From a virus (Duplodnaviria > Caudoviricetes), in IMG/VR virus record IMGVR_UViG_3300015050_000913, positions 5,385 through 69,384 of that record: 64,000 bases of DNA. The stretch is one strand, 5' to 3'. The stretch's first letter is position 1, and each line of letters starts with the position of its first letter. A program made the translations under genes and the position numbers. Below are positions 36,332 through 46,232 of the stretch, one piece after another. The notes beneath the pieces are model-generated. The model searched no databases and was not told the origin of the DNA. It worked only from the letters and a program-made list of their open reading frames with translations.

Positions 36332-39300
36332 TTACACATTAGGATTACCCGTTGATGCCGTAAACGTGATATTTAAAAATTTAAGGTTTGTGGCATTGCT
36401 TCCTGTGGGTGCAAATTCGTACATAAACCACATAGCCACACTTCTCATCCTTTCCCCTGTTAAACGACTTGTACTTGTAAATCCTGTGGCTGTTGGTTGT
36501 AGGATATTCCTGTAAAATGTAGCGTTCCATATCCCTTCCAAATTGCCATATTGAAAATCTGTATCAACCAAATCACTTTCCTGTATGTATGGGTAATCAT
36601 TATAAAGCAAAACATATATGGGTGATTGGTTACACTCTACTGCTGTTGCATTATAAGACTTGGGTACGTTAGGGAACATATTAGAAACAGGCATAATCTT
36701 AGCTGTATATTGTGTGCCATAAAAATAGCATTGTAAGTCAGCTTGGTTATGGATATATGTTTGCCCTTCTTTAAATGAATACAAGTTATTTTGTAAGGCT
36801 GCAAATCCTTCGGGGTTAAACGAATAGCTACCACGCCATGTATTTGAGATAAGGTCGTACACAATGGTTTTACCCTGATAGTCCAAAATATCAAATGGGT
36901 AAATAATATACGCTTGTTGGTCAGGTGTTAATGGTTCTACTCTATAATCTGCAATAAGTCCTTTGGGTGACGTTTCAGATAATTTTGGTATGGAAAATAA
37001 TAGTTCATCATGGAATGGGTCAACATCACTAAACACAAATGGTCTGCCACCCAATACCTCAATTTCTGCTGCTGTCATGGATAAAAACTTCTCGCACCAA
37101 TTCTTCCAAAACCTTGTCATTTTATAGTTTGAAATCGGGAAAAGTCCGTTGCTACTGTATTGTATTACCCTTCCATTATTCATATCCAACCAATATACAT
37201 TACCACGATACTCAACAACGCTTTCAGGATTCCTTGTACCAAAACTACCTTTAAGTACATTTATAGTCCCTATTACGTTTGGTGCTGATGCTATAAAAGC
37301 GTTCTGTGCTGCACCTACTAATTGTACTTCTCCTAAATAACATGATGCAGTTTCTTGTTCACCAATGGCTAACATTACGTTACCTTGTTCTTCTACTTTG
37401 GAAGTGTTTTGAAGTTTACTTAGCTTACCTAAATCCATTGGTAACACCTTCTCATCAAGTGCATCAAATGTGCTTAGTCCGTTAGTTTGACTACCTTGAA
37501 TTATTACGTTACTCCATCTTACTGCTGTGTATTTTGTTACTTCTTCTGAATTAATAACGAAGTTTGCCTCACCTGAATTGGTATTCCATTGCTTCCAATA
37601 TTTAGGTATTGGTGACATATTTTCTGCCACATAAGTTCCTGTTGGTGAAAATCTGTTAAACCTGTAAACATCCCCATAAATAGAACCACCTAATGAACTA
37701 TATATCCTTCCTGACTGTGTTGGATTGGTAACTGAATACGTTTCCCCTGTGGTATAAAATGCTTCTGAAACTGATTCTTTGTAAGGGGTGTATATTTCGT
37801 AAATAATATTTGGTTGTGTGGGTGCAAAATTACCCAAATCCTGTAACTTACTGATTATATAATTACCTTCCTGACCAATGACCGCCAATGAATATCTTGT
37901 AGCACTTAGTTCTTGTATAACTTGTAATACGTCATTGCTACCTTCTTTATACTCATAACCAATGCCTTCTGCTGTCATAAGACTTGCATTAAAAGCCAAT
38001 CCATAAGCAGAACTTACATAGGTATCTGTGTATGTTATAACCCCACTAACAGGGTCTTTAATGGCATACTTCATACCACCTGACTTAGCCTGAAAAAAGA
38101 ACCTTGTTTTAAGGCACTTGGTCATTACAAACTCATAGTAATATGCTGTATCGGGTATTTCTGTTGCTGCTGCTGCATTGGATAAGGTTAATGCCGCATA
38201 GTGGGTATATGGTACGTCTGTATAAGTCCTTTCAGGTACTTGGAAACGCATGGTATCATTGGTAAACACATTGCCAATTACACGCTTGTACCTATCCCTG
38301 AATATTATTCCTACCTGATAAACACCACCACTTTTAAATGATGGGTTTTGGAAAGGGGTTTGGTTGCTTGTCGTAACCAATGATACTGATAAAGAACTTA
38401 TTGTAGGCGTATCAAATGATTCTGTGTTATGTCCTAAAAACAATCTGTTTAAACCTGTTTCAATGGTCTTGGAAAAACGTGGTACACTATCAAATGGCTT
38501 AACTGAATAAGCATCATCCAATGCAATACCAATTCTATCGTTAAGGAAAGTATAGCTAAGTGCATCTACCCCTGCATTATGTAGTGCTATTTCTGCTGCA
38601 TCTGCTGCTATTCTTTTATCCCATGTTTTAATTATGAAGTAAGATGGGTCGCCTGCATACCGTACACAAAAATCAACTGTTTGTACGTCTTGTGATATGT
38701 GTGGGGCGTTACCAAATGTATCTATTGCTGAAACCACTACTGAATCATAAGTGTCACCAACCGTATTGTAATTTATTAAATTTGAAGGTGATGAAAGCAC
38801 ACTTATTTCATTATCTCTAAATGTAAACCTCCATGCAAATTGCCCTGCAAAATCAGTTATGTTATTAACCGTAACAGTACCCAATGTTGTTTTAAGTGCA
38901 AAAGGTGCAAAGTTTGGTGGTCTCCTTATAATGGTTATTACATCGGATTCAAGTGGTGTGGTATAGGCTGCTTCATCTGTTGTGTATGATGATTGGTTTG
39001 TTTTAATGGCAGCATCAATATTTAGTTTTCTTGGCTCATTTAAAAAGTCTGTCCAATAAACCACGCCATTAACCACCCTCCCATGAATAGGATAATTCTT
39101 GTTGAAATTTAAACCACCATCTACTTGACTTGATACTAACATTAAATACATTGTATCATCATCGTATGACCAACATTGTATCTTGTGCTGACTTGTATTT
39201 ACGTTATAAAGAAACTCAATTATCCTTCTTCCAACCACATCAACTACTTTGCCAATATTAATAAACGTAACCGATGGAGATAATGTAGATAACCTTCTTG

Positions 39301-39475
39301 TACCACCAATGCTTTCCAATACACCTGTAACACCTTTATCTGTACTTCCCGACCTGAAATTACTAAGGTTTACCCACTGATTAGTGCCAATGGCAAACGG
39401 ACTATCGTCAGAATTACAAAATCCTGCGTTCTCTCCTGTTCCAGCAAAATATTTTTTTTCTTTCTGAATTGCCAT
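36332..39475 (-). CDS. Tail stabilisation/nozzle-like protein
   Basis: 1047 aa, beta-rich, downstream of ring-protein-like genes as in podovirus/crAss-like gene order. Confidence 0.6.
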   Translation of the reverse strand: MAIQKEKKYFAGTGENAGFCNSDDSPFAIGTNQWVNLSNFRSGSTDKGVTGVLESIGGTRRLSTLSPSVTFINIGKVVDVVGRRIIEFLYNVNTSQHKIQCWSYDDDTMYLMLVSSQVDGGLNFNKNYPIHGRVVNGVVYWTDFLNEPRKLNIDAAIKTNQSSYTTDEAAYTTPLESDVITIIRRPPNFAPFALKTTLGTVTVNNITDFAGQFAWRFTFRDNEISVLSSPSNLINYNTVGDTYDSVVVSAIDTFGNAPHISQDVQTVDFCVRYAGDPSYFIIKTWDKRIAADAAEIALHNAGVDALSYTFLNDRIGIALDDAYSVKPFDSVPRFSKTIETGLNRLFLGHNTESFDTPTISSLSVSLVTTSNQTPFQNPSFKSGGVYQVGIIFRDRYKRVIGNVFTNDTMRFQVPERTYTDVPYTHYAALTLSNAAAATEIPDTAYYYEFVMTKCLKTRFFFQAKSGGMKYAIKDPVSGVITYTDTYVSSAYGLAFNASLMTAEGIGYEYKEGSNDVLQVIQELSATRYSLAVIGQEGNYIISKLQDLGNFAPTQPNIIYEIYTPYKESVSEAFYTTGETYSVTNPTQSGRIYSSLGGSIYGDVYRFNRFSPTGTYVAENMSPIPKYWKQWNTNSGEANFVINSEEVTKYTAVRWSNVIIQGSQTNGLSTFDALDEKVLPMDLGKLSKLQNTSKVEEQGNVMLAIGEQETASCYLGEVQLVGAAQNAFIASAPNVIGTINVLKGSFGTRNPESVVEYRGNVYWLDMNNGRVIQYSSNGLFPISNYKMTRFWKNWCEKFLSMTAAEIEVLGGRPFVFSDVDPFHDELLFSIPKLSETSPKGLIADYRVEPLTPDQQAYIIYPFDILDYQGKTIVYDLISNTWRGSYSFNPEGFAALQNNLYSFKEGQTYIHNQADLQCYFYGTQYTAKIMPVSNMFPNVPKSYNATAVECNQSPIYVLLYNDYPYIQESDLVDTDFQYGNLEGIWNATFYRNILQPTATGFTSTSRLTGERMRSVAMWFMYEFAPTGSNATNLKFLNITFTASTGNPNV

Positions 39476-39732
39476 TATAATAAAGGTTCTGTTCCTGAAA
39501 TATGTTCTTCTCTTAATTTATAAAACTTCTGACCACTAATAATCATAAAAGGTACTGCATTTTTTATATCAAACCAAACTGACTGTCCCACTGTTACCAA
39601 ATCACATAGGTCGTTAATTGATTGTACTGTACCAAAGTTCAAACCAATTTCATCTGATACAATACCCAATGTACTATCAGACAGTATCACTACTATCTCT
39701 CCTTTATTTAGTATTAAATCACTTAATGCCAT
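39475..39732 (-). CDS. Small hypothetical protein
   Basis: 85-aa ORF coupled to its neighbour. Confidence 0.55.
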   Translation of the reverse strand: MALSDLILNKGEIVVILSDSTLGIVSDEIGLNFGTVQSINDLCDLVTVGQSVWFDIKNAVPFMIISGQKFYKLREEHISGTEPLL

Positions 39733-39735
39733 AAT

Positions 39736-40899
39736 TTATGCGTCTATATCTTTAACTAAAATACCACTAAATCTACAACTTGCAAAAGTATCATTAGTAT
39801 CTGTGGTTGCCTCAAAATATAAAACACTTTTTTCGCCAATAATAAATGGTTGTGATGGTTCTATGACTTGTGCATTTTCAACCGTTGTATCCATTAAAGT
39901 ATTAAATACTAAAAAAGCTGCATTTGCAACCGCACTAAATACCCACCCTTTAAAACGTACTTTTGGAGATGAACCACCTGATGTTTTTTCTGAATTTATT
40001 GCTAAAAAGTCAGCTAAGTATTGATGATTGTTTGCAACAAAATATATACTTTGCTGTGTTGTACCTTCTCCTATTGGCATTTGTGCCTGTAATGTAGAGC
40101 CTCCACCCGTAGCAGTAGCCGAAATAACTCCTGCATTTGTCTGACCTGTCCCTGCCAAATAAATTGCCATTCTATTCACGCCTAACCATGTGCCACTTGT
40201 AATAACGGGTGTTGTTCCATCTAATGTTACCACTTCCGTTTGAGTATCCCAATTTGCATCAACACCATAAATAATAACAGAATTTGCACCTGTACTACCG
40301 CTATCGTCTGCAATAGAAGTAGATACTACACTTAGGGTGGCGGCTGCTGTCATTTTACTAAATGTACCACCTGCACTCCAAATAGTTTCAGTACCTATAT
40401 CAATATCTGCATTATAACCAAACTTATTCCATGTTGTAGCCCCTTGCCTTCTACCCAAAGCAACTTCATAATGATAATCAGTTGGTCTTGTAACGATAGC
40501 ATCATAATCTTGTGCAAGTACAGCATCCGTAGGTGCATTTAAAGCTGTCTTTTGCCCGTACATTGTTTGCAGCCTTAAATATGTTTGATTGGATGCACTT
40601 GTATTGGTAAAAACAACCCTTACATATTTACGGGCAATCGTAAATCTATGTGGTGCTTCAATCTGACTTGTTCTGTAATACCTTGTTAGTACCGAATCCC
40701 AATTAGTGCCATCATTAGAAAATTGAACTGAATAAGTACCATCTTGGTCTGTCTTTACTGCCACAATTACTGAATCATAAGCACTCACATCTTCTGCTGT
40801 ACCTGTAAATACTGCTGCTGCGTTCAACAATGTAGATGTTGAATTTAAGGTGGAAATCTTATTCCCTAATTGAGTATTTTGTGGTACTACACTTTGCAT
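39736..40899 (-). CDS. Putative structural/tail protein
   Basis: NKFGYNADID..ETIW motif; Thr/Ser-rich beta protein. Confidence 0.6.
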   Translation of the reverse strand: MQSVVPQNTQLGNKISTLNSTSTLLNAAAVFTGTAEDVSAYDSVIVAVKTDQDGTYSVQFSNDGTNWDSVLTRYYRTSQIEAPHRFTIARKYVRVVFTNTSASNQTYLRLQTMYGQKTALNAPTDAVLAQDYDAIVTRPTDYHYEVALGRRQGATTWNKFGYNADIDIGTETIWSAGGTFSKMTAAATLSVVSTSIADDSGSTGANSVIIYGVDANWDTQTEVVTLDGTTPVITSGTWLGVNRMAIYLAGTGQTNAGVISATATGGGSTLQAQMPIGEGTTQQSIYFVANNHQYLADFLAINSEKTSGGSSPKVRFKGWVFSAVANAAFLVFNTLMDTTVENAQVIEPSQPFIIGEKSVLYFEATTDTNDTFASCRFSGILVKDIDA

Positions 40900-40901
40900 T
40901 T

Positions 40902-41702
40902 TTATACTCGTTGGTATTTAAAATTAGGTTTTAAAATATAATACATAAATGTACTATATTTCATATTTGCACTTTCTGCTGCTAATCTTATTGTCTTATA
41001 TTTAACTCCTGTTTCTGTATCAATAATAGATACGTTACTTTCCCTATCCGACAACTTCATTTTTAGCTTACTTTCATATGATGCTTTTTTGCCTATATTG
41101 GCTTGCCTTAGTTTTTCTTTGGTTACATCAGATACTTTTCTACCCATTAGTCCTGCACTTATACCTATACTCATTTTCAATCTTCGCTCTGGCGATATTC
41201 CATACATTTTTTGGGAATCACTCATCTTCTTTTTTGATTCTTCGGTTCTTTTAGAACCAGTATTAAAATGTATTTTACCTCGTAATCTATTTTGCTGACT
41301 AACTTTCATTCTTGCCTTCGTTTCTTCTGTCCTTTTTTTGCCTAAATTGTTTTTATTCCCCTTTTTTAATTCACCTATTTTTCTCTTAGTATCTTCTGAA
41401 TGACGACCATGACTACCCCCATCTCTTATATTCAACATCTTTGCCCCACTTTCTTTGTATTGGCTTATACAAAATATCTCATATTCATCAATTTTTCTCT
41501 TACTTATATCTACGGGCAATTCGTGTATAATTTCTATTTTATGTGCATCAAATCCATATTTTAATATAGAATTAATAATACCGCTTCCCCCTTTTTTATG
41601 ACAACTCCTATACCAATAAATCCTTCTTACTAAATTTATTGTTTGCCCAATATATATATTATTATTAGGAGAAGTTATTTTATATATACAAGCTGTTGCC
41701 AT
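40902..41702 (-). CDS. GIY-YIG homing endonuclease with NUMOD3-like repeats
   Basis: CIYKIT..IYIGQT; repeated HSEDTKRKIG/RTEETKARM/RTEESKKKMS. Confidence 0.85.
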   Translation of the reverse strand: MATACIYKITSPNNNIYIGQTINLVRRIYWYRSCHKKGGSGIINSILKYGFDAHKIEIIHELPVDISKRKIDEYEIFCISQYKESGAKMLNIRDGGSHGRHSEDTKRKIGELKKGNKNNLGKKRTEETKARMKVSQQNRLRGKIHFNTGSKRTEESKKKMSDSQKMYGISPERRLKMSIGISAGLMGRKVSDVTKEKLRQANIGKKASYESKLKMKLSDRESNVSIIDTETGVKYKTIRLAAESANMKYSTFMYYILKPNFKYQRV

Positions 41703-41706
41703 AGTA

Positions 41707-41991
41707 TTAAGAAATGCTGAAGTAGTAGTCACACGCCCCCGAAACCACTAAATGAATACTTCTATTTGCCATTACCAAAACCTTTGTATCTGAAACGTAT
41801 GCTTCCCCTGTTGCCAATGAAATTTGGTAAGGCATAATTGCCACTTGTGCCACTCCTGTTTCCACTATATAAACCGAAACAGTTATTGAACCTGCTGTTT
41901 TGTTTACCAATGTGTACGAAATAATTTCAGATGGTATATTTGCAACCACCTGACTTATTGAACCACTCGTATTACCTGCTACAACGGGCAT
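41707..41991 (-). CDS. Small structural-type protein
   Basis: 94-aa beta-rich ORF. Confidence 0.55.
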   Translation of the reverse strand: MPVVAGNTSGSISQVVANIPSEIISYTLVNKTAGSITVSVYIVETGVAQVAIMPYQISLATGEAYVSDTKVLVMANRSIHLVVSGACDYYFSIS

Positions 41992-42239
41992 TATGTACCA
42001 AATATTGAATTAAGCAAAGCAAGGGCATCAGTTAAAGTAGTAGCCCTTGTAGCCGTTACTTTTACATCTCCAAATGGTATCTGATAATTGTCATTACCAA
42101 CGGTTATGTTTACATAAAGTCCATCGCTACTTGGATTGAATTTTCCATTTGCCAATGCAGTAGCAGCGTAGTACTTTGGTAGCCCTGCTGTTTGGGTTAC
42201 TATAAGTACTCCGCTTACTTTTGTGAATGTTGTGAGCAT
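41991..42239 (-). CDS. Small hypothetical protein
   Basis: 82-aa ORF. Confidence 0.55.
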   Translation of the reverse strand: MLTTFTKVSGVLIVTQTAGLPKYYAATALANGKFNPSSDGLYVNITVGNDNYQIPFGDVKVTATRATTLTDALALLNSIFGT

Positions 42240-42244
42240 TTTAT

Positions 42245-43012
42245 TTAATTTTTAGGTGACGCTGAATATGAACGAAGGAATAAGTTTCTTATATCTGCAA
42301 TAGTTATGGGATTTAATAAAGTCCTTAACCTTCTTTTTTGATTATAAAAAGCCCTTGCTTCGGGGCTATATTCGTTGTTTCTGTTTGGACTTGCTTTCCA
42401 TTCCTGCCATGCCCTGATTGCCGAAAAAGCCATATAATCAATCTGTGAGGCATTATCTACACTTTGTCCATTGGAAATATATTGAAGTACTATACTTGTC
42501 TGTCCTGTGGAATCAACAAAGTCATCTGTCATTTGTATTTGCCTTCTTTCCTTGACTACTTTGTAGCCTGATGTAGTGCCACCACCACCACCGTATTGAC
42601 CCCCTGTCGCTTGTCCGTAAGCATCTACATTCCAATAATAATTATAGCCAAATGGTAAACTCCATACTGTATTATCTTCTGCATCTGTACTTTGTGTGGC
42701 ATAAGGTACAAACTCTCCACTTGTAGTATCGTGGATTCTTAAAGGGGTCAGCCAATTCTGTTTTGGTAATGGCAAAAGCGCACTTCCTATTGGTAAGCAT
42801 ACTGCTATATCATCTGAAAAATCATCGGGTAAATCGGCAGCACCATATTCGTTGACAGGCAAATTTGCCGTATTCACAATCTTTAGCGTATCAAAGTTTA
42901 ACTCCCTTAAACAATTTGCTGCATGGTTAAGGTATTCAAAATAGAAATGAATACTAACATTGTTGTCTAACAACGCCCTTCTCGTAATCTCATCTATGGT
43001 TGCCAATTTCAT
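42245..43012 (-). CDS. Putative tail ring/tubular protein
   Basis: One of three similarly sized consecutive genes upstream of the stabilisation protein. Confidence 0.5.
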   Translation of the reverse strand: MKLATIDEITRRALLDNNVSIHFYFEYLNHAANCLRELNFDTLKIVNTANLPVNEYGAADLPDDFSDDIAVCLPIGSALLPLPKQNWLTPLRIHDTTSGEFVPYATQSTDAEDNTVWSLPFGYNYYWNVDAYGQATGGQYGGGGGTTSGYKVVKERRQIQMTDDFVDSTGQTSIVLQYISNGQSVDNASQIDYMAFSAIRAWQEWKASPNRNNEYSPEARAFYNQKRRLRTLLNPITIADIRNLFLRSYSASPKN

Positions 43013-43704
43013 TACAGACTTTGTTTTTGTTGAGCAATCGGTAATCCTTTATTTTCGGTATTGGAACTATCCACCACGTTATCTGCAATAGGTTCTTCAC
43101 TATACATCTTAACCACTTCTTGCTTAATTTGAAATTCCATTTCAGGTAATATTGGTAATGGGTCAAAATCTCCATACTGTGATACATCCATTATAGCCAA
43201 TCTCATAGCTAATACCACATCAGGGAACAGTGATTTTATATCTTTGGATAATACAATATCTGCCCCAAAGTTCTCGTAACTAACCTGTCCAAGCATCCCA
43301 TTTAATAATGGCTGTGATTTTATTAAAGCACCTTGCCCCATCTGCACAGGTATAAATTCATTATCAAAATCGTAATTACCATTTAATTCATATTTTGGAT
43401 ATATGCCCCAAACCCCCATATTTCTTGGCAGCTTTATAGGCTTTATTGGTAACGTACATTTGCTTTTCCCATTCCACGTGGAAACCTCAATATCCTCATA
43501 AAATCCTAATACCGTACCATTGGGTATAATTTCGCCCATTTTAAGGTTAACAGTGAAGTACTCCACTTTAAGTAAGCTATTGGCTACCTGACCTATGGCA
43601 ATCTTAATTTCAGCCAAACTTACATTGGTTGCAGCATCTATCTGACCTCCATTTAAAATCCTTAGTATTTCCTCACTCAAACGATATATAGTTGGTGCTG
43701 CCAT
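43012..43704 (-). CDS. Putative tail ring/tubular protein
   Basis: Context; helical N- and C-termini around a beta core. Confidence 0.5.
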   Translation of the reverse strand: MAAPTIYRLSEEILRILNGGQIDAATNVSLAEIKIAIGQVANSLLKVEYFTVNLKMGEIIPNGTVLGFYEDIEVSTWNGKSKCTLPIKPIKLPRNMGVWGIYPKYELNGNYDFDNEFIPVQMGQGALIKSQPLLNGMLGQVSYENFGADIVLSKDIKSLFPDVVLAMRLAIMDVSQYGDFDPLPILPEMEFQIKQEVVKMYSEEPIADNVVDSSNTENKGLPIAQQKQSL

Positions 43705-43705
43705 A

Positions 43706-44377
43706 TTATAACCTATTTACGTTTTGGTAATTTTGAGCCGTTTTAGCTGCCGAAAAAGCCGATATATCTTCTGCCCTTAAATTTATACCCGCAGCCTCTA
43801 AACTCTTTAAAATTACGCTTGAAATGTACGGGTCTGACCATTCTAATTGTGTTGAAGTATTTGGGTCATAAACGATTACCCTGCCTGATATTACAGAATA
43901 TCCAAATACAGGCTTTATTGGTCTGCGTAGGTAAGTTACGTTTCCATTGTATGCCCCAACAGGGTAAAGCCTAAATGTTCTTGGTGCTGTTTGTTCACCT
44001 ATTGGACTTGTTATGGTAGGTGGTTCTATTTGGGAATTTAGCCTTTCTGCCCTTGCATCTTCATTTATCATTGCCACAGGGTAGTAAATTGTCCTGTTGC
44101 TTATTTGGAAGTAAATCTGCAAATCCAATAAATCAAGGTATGTGGTATCGGGTACAATTACATATCCTGATACTTGTGTGGTAAAGTTGTATGTTTCTCT
44201 GAAAGGGGATAGGGCATCTTTGGAAAGCTGTGATGTGGCGTACTTTGGCTTTAGGTCAGAATACAATCCCATCTGCCCAATATCAATTAGGTTTTCCAAC
44301 TCTGGTATAGAATAGAATGAGCCGGTAAACTTATTAATGTAAAAATTGAGTTCGTTAAAAACGTCCTGTAAGTTCAA
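43706..44377 (-). CDS. Putative tail ring/tubular protein
   Basis: YLRRP motif, context, TTG start. Confidence 0.5.
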   Translation of the reverse strand: MNLQDVFNELNFYINKFTGSFYSIPELENLIDIGQMGLYSDLKPKYATSQLSKDALSPFRETYNFTTQVSGYVIVPDTTYLDLLDLQIYFQISNRTIYYPVAMINEDARAERLNSQIEPPTITSPIGEQTAPRTFRLYPVGAYNGNVTYLRRPIKPVFGYSVISGRVIVYDPNTSTQLEWSDPYISSVILKSLEAAGINLRAEDISAFSAAKTAQNYQNVNRL

Positions 44378-44393
44378 TGTAAATAAAGTTTGC

Positions 44394-44421
44394 CAAATTT
44401 AACCAAAACTTTAATACTCAC
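44394..44421 (-). promoter_or_regulatory. Late-promoter motif, copy 3 (GTGAGTATTAAA-N8-TAAATTTG)
   Basis: Same 28-nt geometry as copies 1 and 2. Confidence 0.6.
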
Positions 44422-44424
44422 ATT

Positions 44425-45054
44425 TTACACTTCCCTGCCTAATACCTGATGTTGTTGAAGGATTATAAATGGCTTATCGTTTATTTGGTAAGGTATTGGA
44501 ATGTTTGGTGAGAAGTATATATTGTCGCCTTGTTTTGCTTGAATTGGGTTTTTGCCTTCTCTTGGGTTTCCTATGTGCATTATTTTGGATGACTTTACCC
44601 CTTTCATTTTTTTGGATTTGGCTGTGGTAAAAATCAGGTCTTTCTCAAATGGTTCTGCCATAACATAGCCATTTATCATCTTAATTTCTCCATCCCTTAT
44701 GACAGCATATATCTTTGTTATGTCTGCCATCCAAAACTCTTTACCCTGTATGGAAATTAAGTTCTTATACAAAGGGTCACCCATGTGGGTATTCTGATAC
44801 CAATCATAGACTATGTTAAAGGAAAATATTGCTGTATCTCCTACTTTAATATCTTTGGTTGTAAACCCTTCATGCCATTTATCATTGGAAATGGATTTTG
44901 GAATTGAAACTACTTCCCCGGTGATTTTCACGAGGTCTTCGAGGTGTACACTTGCATTATCTGCAATAGCTGCACGTTTGGCTATGTCTGAAAAATTCTT
45001 GCAATATTTTGTGCCAATACTAAGGATTACTTTGTTCTGTGCTGATTGTATCAT
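44425..45054 (-). CDS. Tandem GroES-like co-chaperonin
   Basis: Two units: GEVVSIP..IKVGDTAIF and KIMHIGNP..KQGDNIYF..QHQVLG. Confidence 0.55.
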   Translation of the reverse strand: MIQSAQNKVILSIGTKYCKNFSDIAKRAAIADNASVHLEDLVKITGEVVSIPKSISNDKWHEGFTTKDIKVGDTAIFSFNIVYDWYQNTHMGDPLYKNLISIQGKEFWMADITKIYAVIRDGEIKMINGYVMAEPFEKDLIFTTAKSKKMKGVKSSKIMHIGNPREGKNPIQAKQGDNIYFSPNIPIPYQINDKPFIILQQHQVLGREV

Positions 45055-45367
45055 TTGAAATTTTGAATTTAGAATATTTTTTGGGTTCTGTCATTACCCT
45101 TTGATTTAAAAACCATGTAGCCATTTCCCACATAGTATGTGTTATATCATCTATAACTGTATTGTATGAAGGTACATAGTTACCATGTATGCAGCCGACA
45201 AAATTCACATAAAGATTATACCCACCAACAGGCGCACTTGCTAATGTATCAACCATCTGTCCTAAGCTGACTATTCCGACATAGTTCGGGTGTGCTTTTT
45301 GGCAAATATAATAACACAATCTACCCTCTGAATCCATTTCCCGAAAAGTTATAAATTGCTGTTTCAT
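45020..45367 (-). CDS. Hypothetical protein
   Basis: 115-aa ORF. Confidence 0.6.
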   Translation of the reverse strand: MKQQFITFREMDSEGRLCYYICQKAHPNYVGIVSLGQMVDTLASAPVGGYNLYVNFVGCIHGNYVPSYNTVIDDITHTMWEMATWFLNQRVMTEPKKYSKFKISNDTISTEQSNP

Positions 45368-45918
45368 CCTCTATAAATATCTTTTTCCTGAATACCACAA
45401 CCAACTGTGTAGTTTACAATAGCATTATTATTTACTGACCACCCTGCTCTTTGTAAACAAGGGAATGGATAGCAAAAATGGTAATCCCCTTTTATATCAC
45501 ACATAGCTGTATCAATATGGTTATTCTTTGGTACTGCTAAAAATTGGTCATAGAACTTTTCAGCAATGATGTATAACTGAAAACCGCACACGATACTGTT
45601 TTGTAATGGAACGGTATGGCTTCCCCACAAATACAAATCAAAACTTTCAGGCTTATTATCCAAAAAATATTTCCACGCATTAGGACTTGTAAATGTACCA
45701 TCCTGTTCCATAATTATACATTCATTTATACCTCTGTCTTTATAATCTTGTACAATCATTTTATGGCTTGATGCAATGCTGTCAACAATCGGTTTATCTT
45801 TTAGTACTATGGCATCCCAAAATTTATAATCAGTTATACCTTGTTCCGCAAACTCACGGATAAGTCTTTCTTTATCCTGTGGCGTATGCCTTTCATCATA
45901 AATAATATTTATTTCCAT
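45364..45918 (-). CDS. GT25-like glycosyltransferase
   Basis: FWDAI, IASSHKMI, IIMEQD and HIDT motifs; glycosylation cluster. Confidence 0.55.
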   Translation of the reverse strand: MEINIIYDERHTPQDKERLIREFAEQGITDYKFWDAIVLKDKPIVDSIASSHKMIVQDYKDRGINECIIMEQDGTFTSPNAWKYFLDNKPESFDLYLWGSHTVPLQNSIVCGFQLYIIAEKFYDQFLAVPKNNHIDTAMCDIKGDYHFCYPFPCLQRAGWSVNNNAIVNYTVGCGIQEKDIYRG

Positions 45919-46232
45919 TAACTTCTTATTTCATCATTTTCATCGTAAGGCTTTGTTGCTACTCCAACTAATATACTTCCAGCTTCACAAACAAATCTAT
46001 GGTATGTTCCTTTTGGTACATTTACAATGTATGGAGCATCTAAGTTGTATAAAGTTCCTTCTCCAATTTGTAATTCTAAAAACTTACCATGTACTAAAAA
46101 AAAGTGTTCATCTTTTTTATTATGCAGGTGGTCGCCGATACTGATAGGTTCTTTTACAAAAACTACTTTATTGGATATTTCACCAACATTGCACCAGTCG
46201 TAAATCACCCTTCTGTTGTCTTCGTGTTTCAT
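45918..46232 (-). CDS. Cupin (sugar epimerase/isomerase-like)
   Basis: GDHLH.KKDEHF and VPKGTYH cupin motifs; adjacent to gmd. Confidence 0.65.
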   Translation of the reverse strand: MKHEDNRRVIYDWCNVGEISNKVVFVKEPISIGDHLHNKKDEHFFLVHGKFLELQIGEGTLYNLDAPYIVNVPKGTYHRFVCEAGSILVGVATKPYDENDEIRS

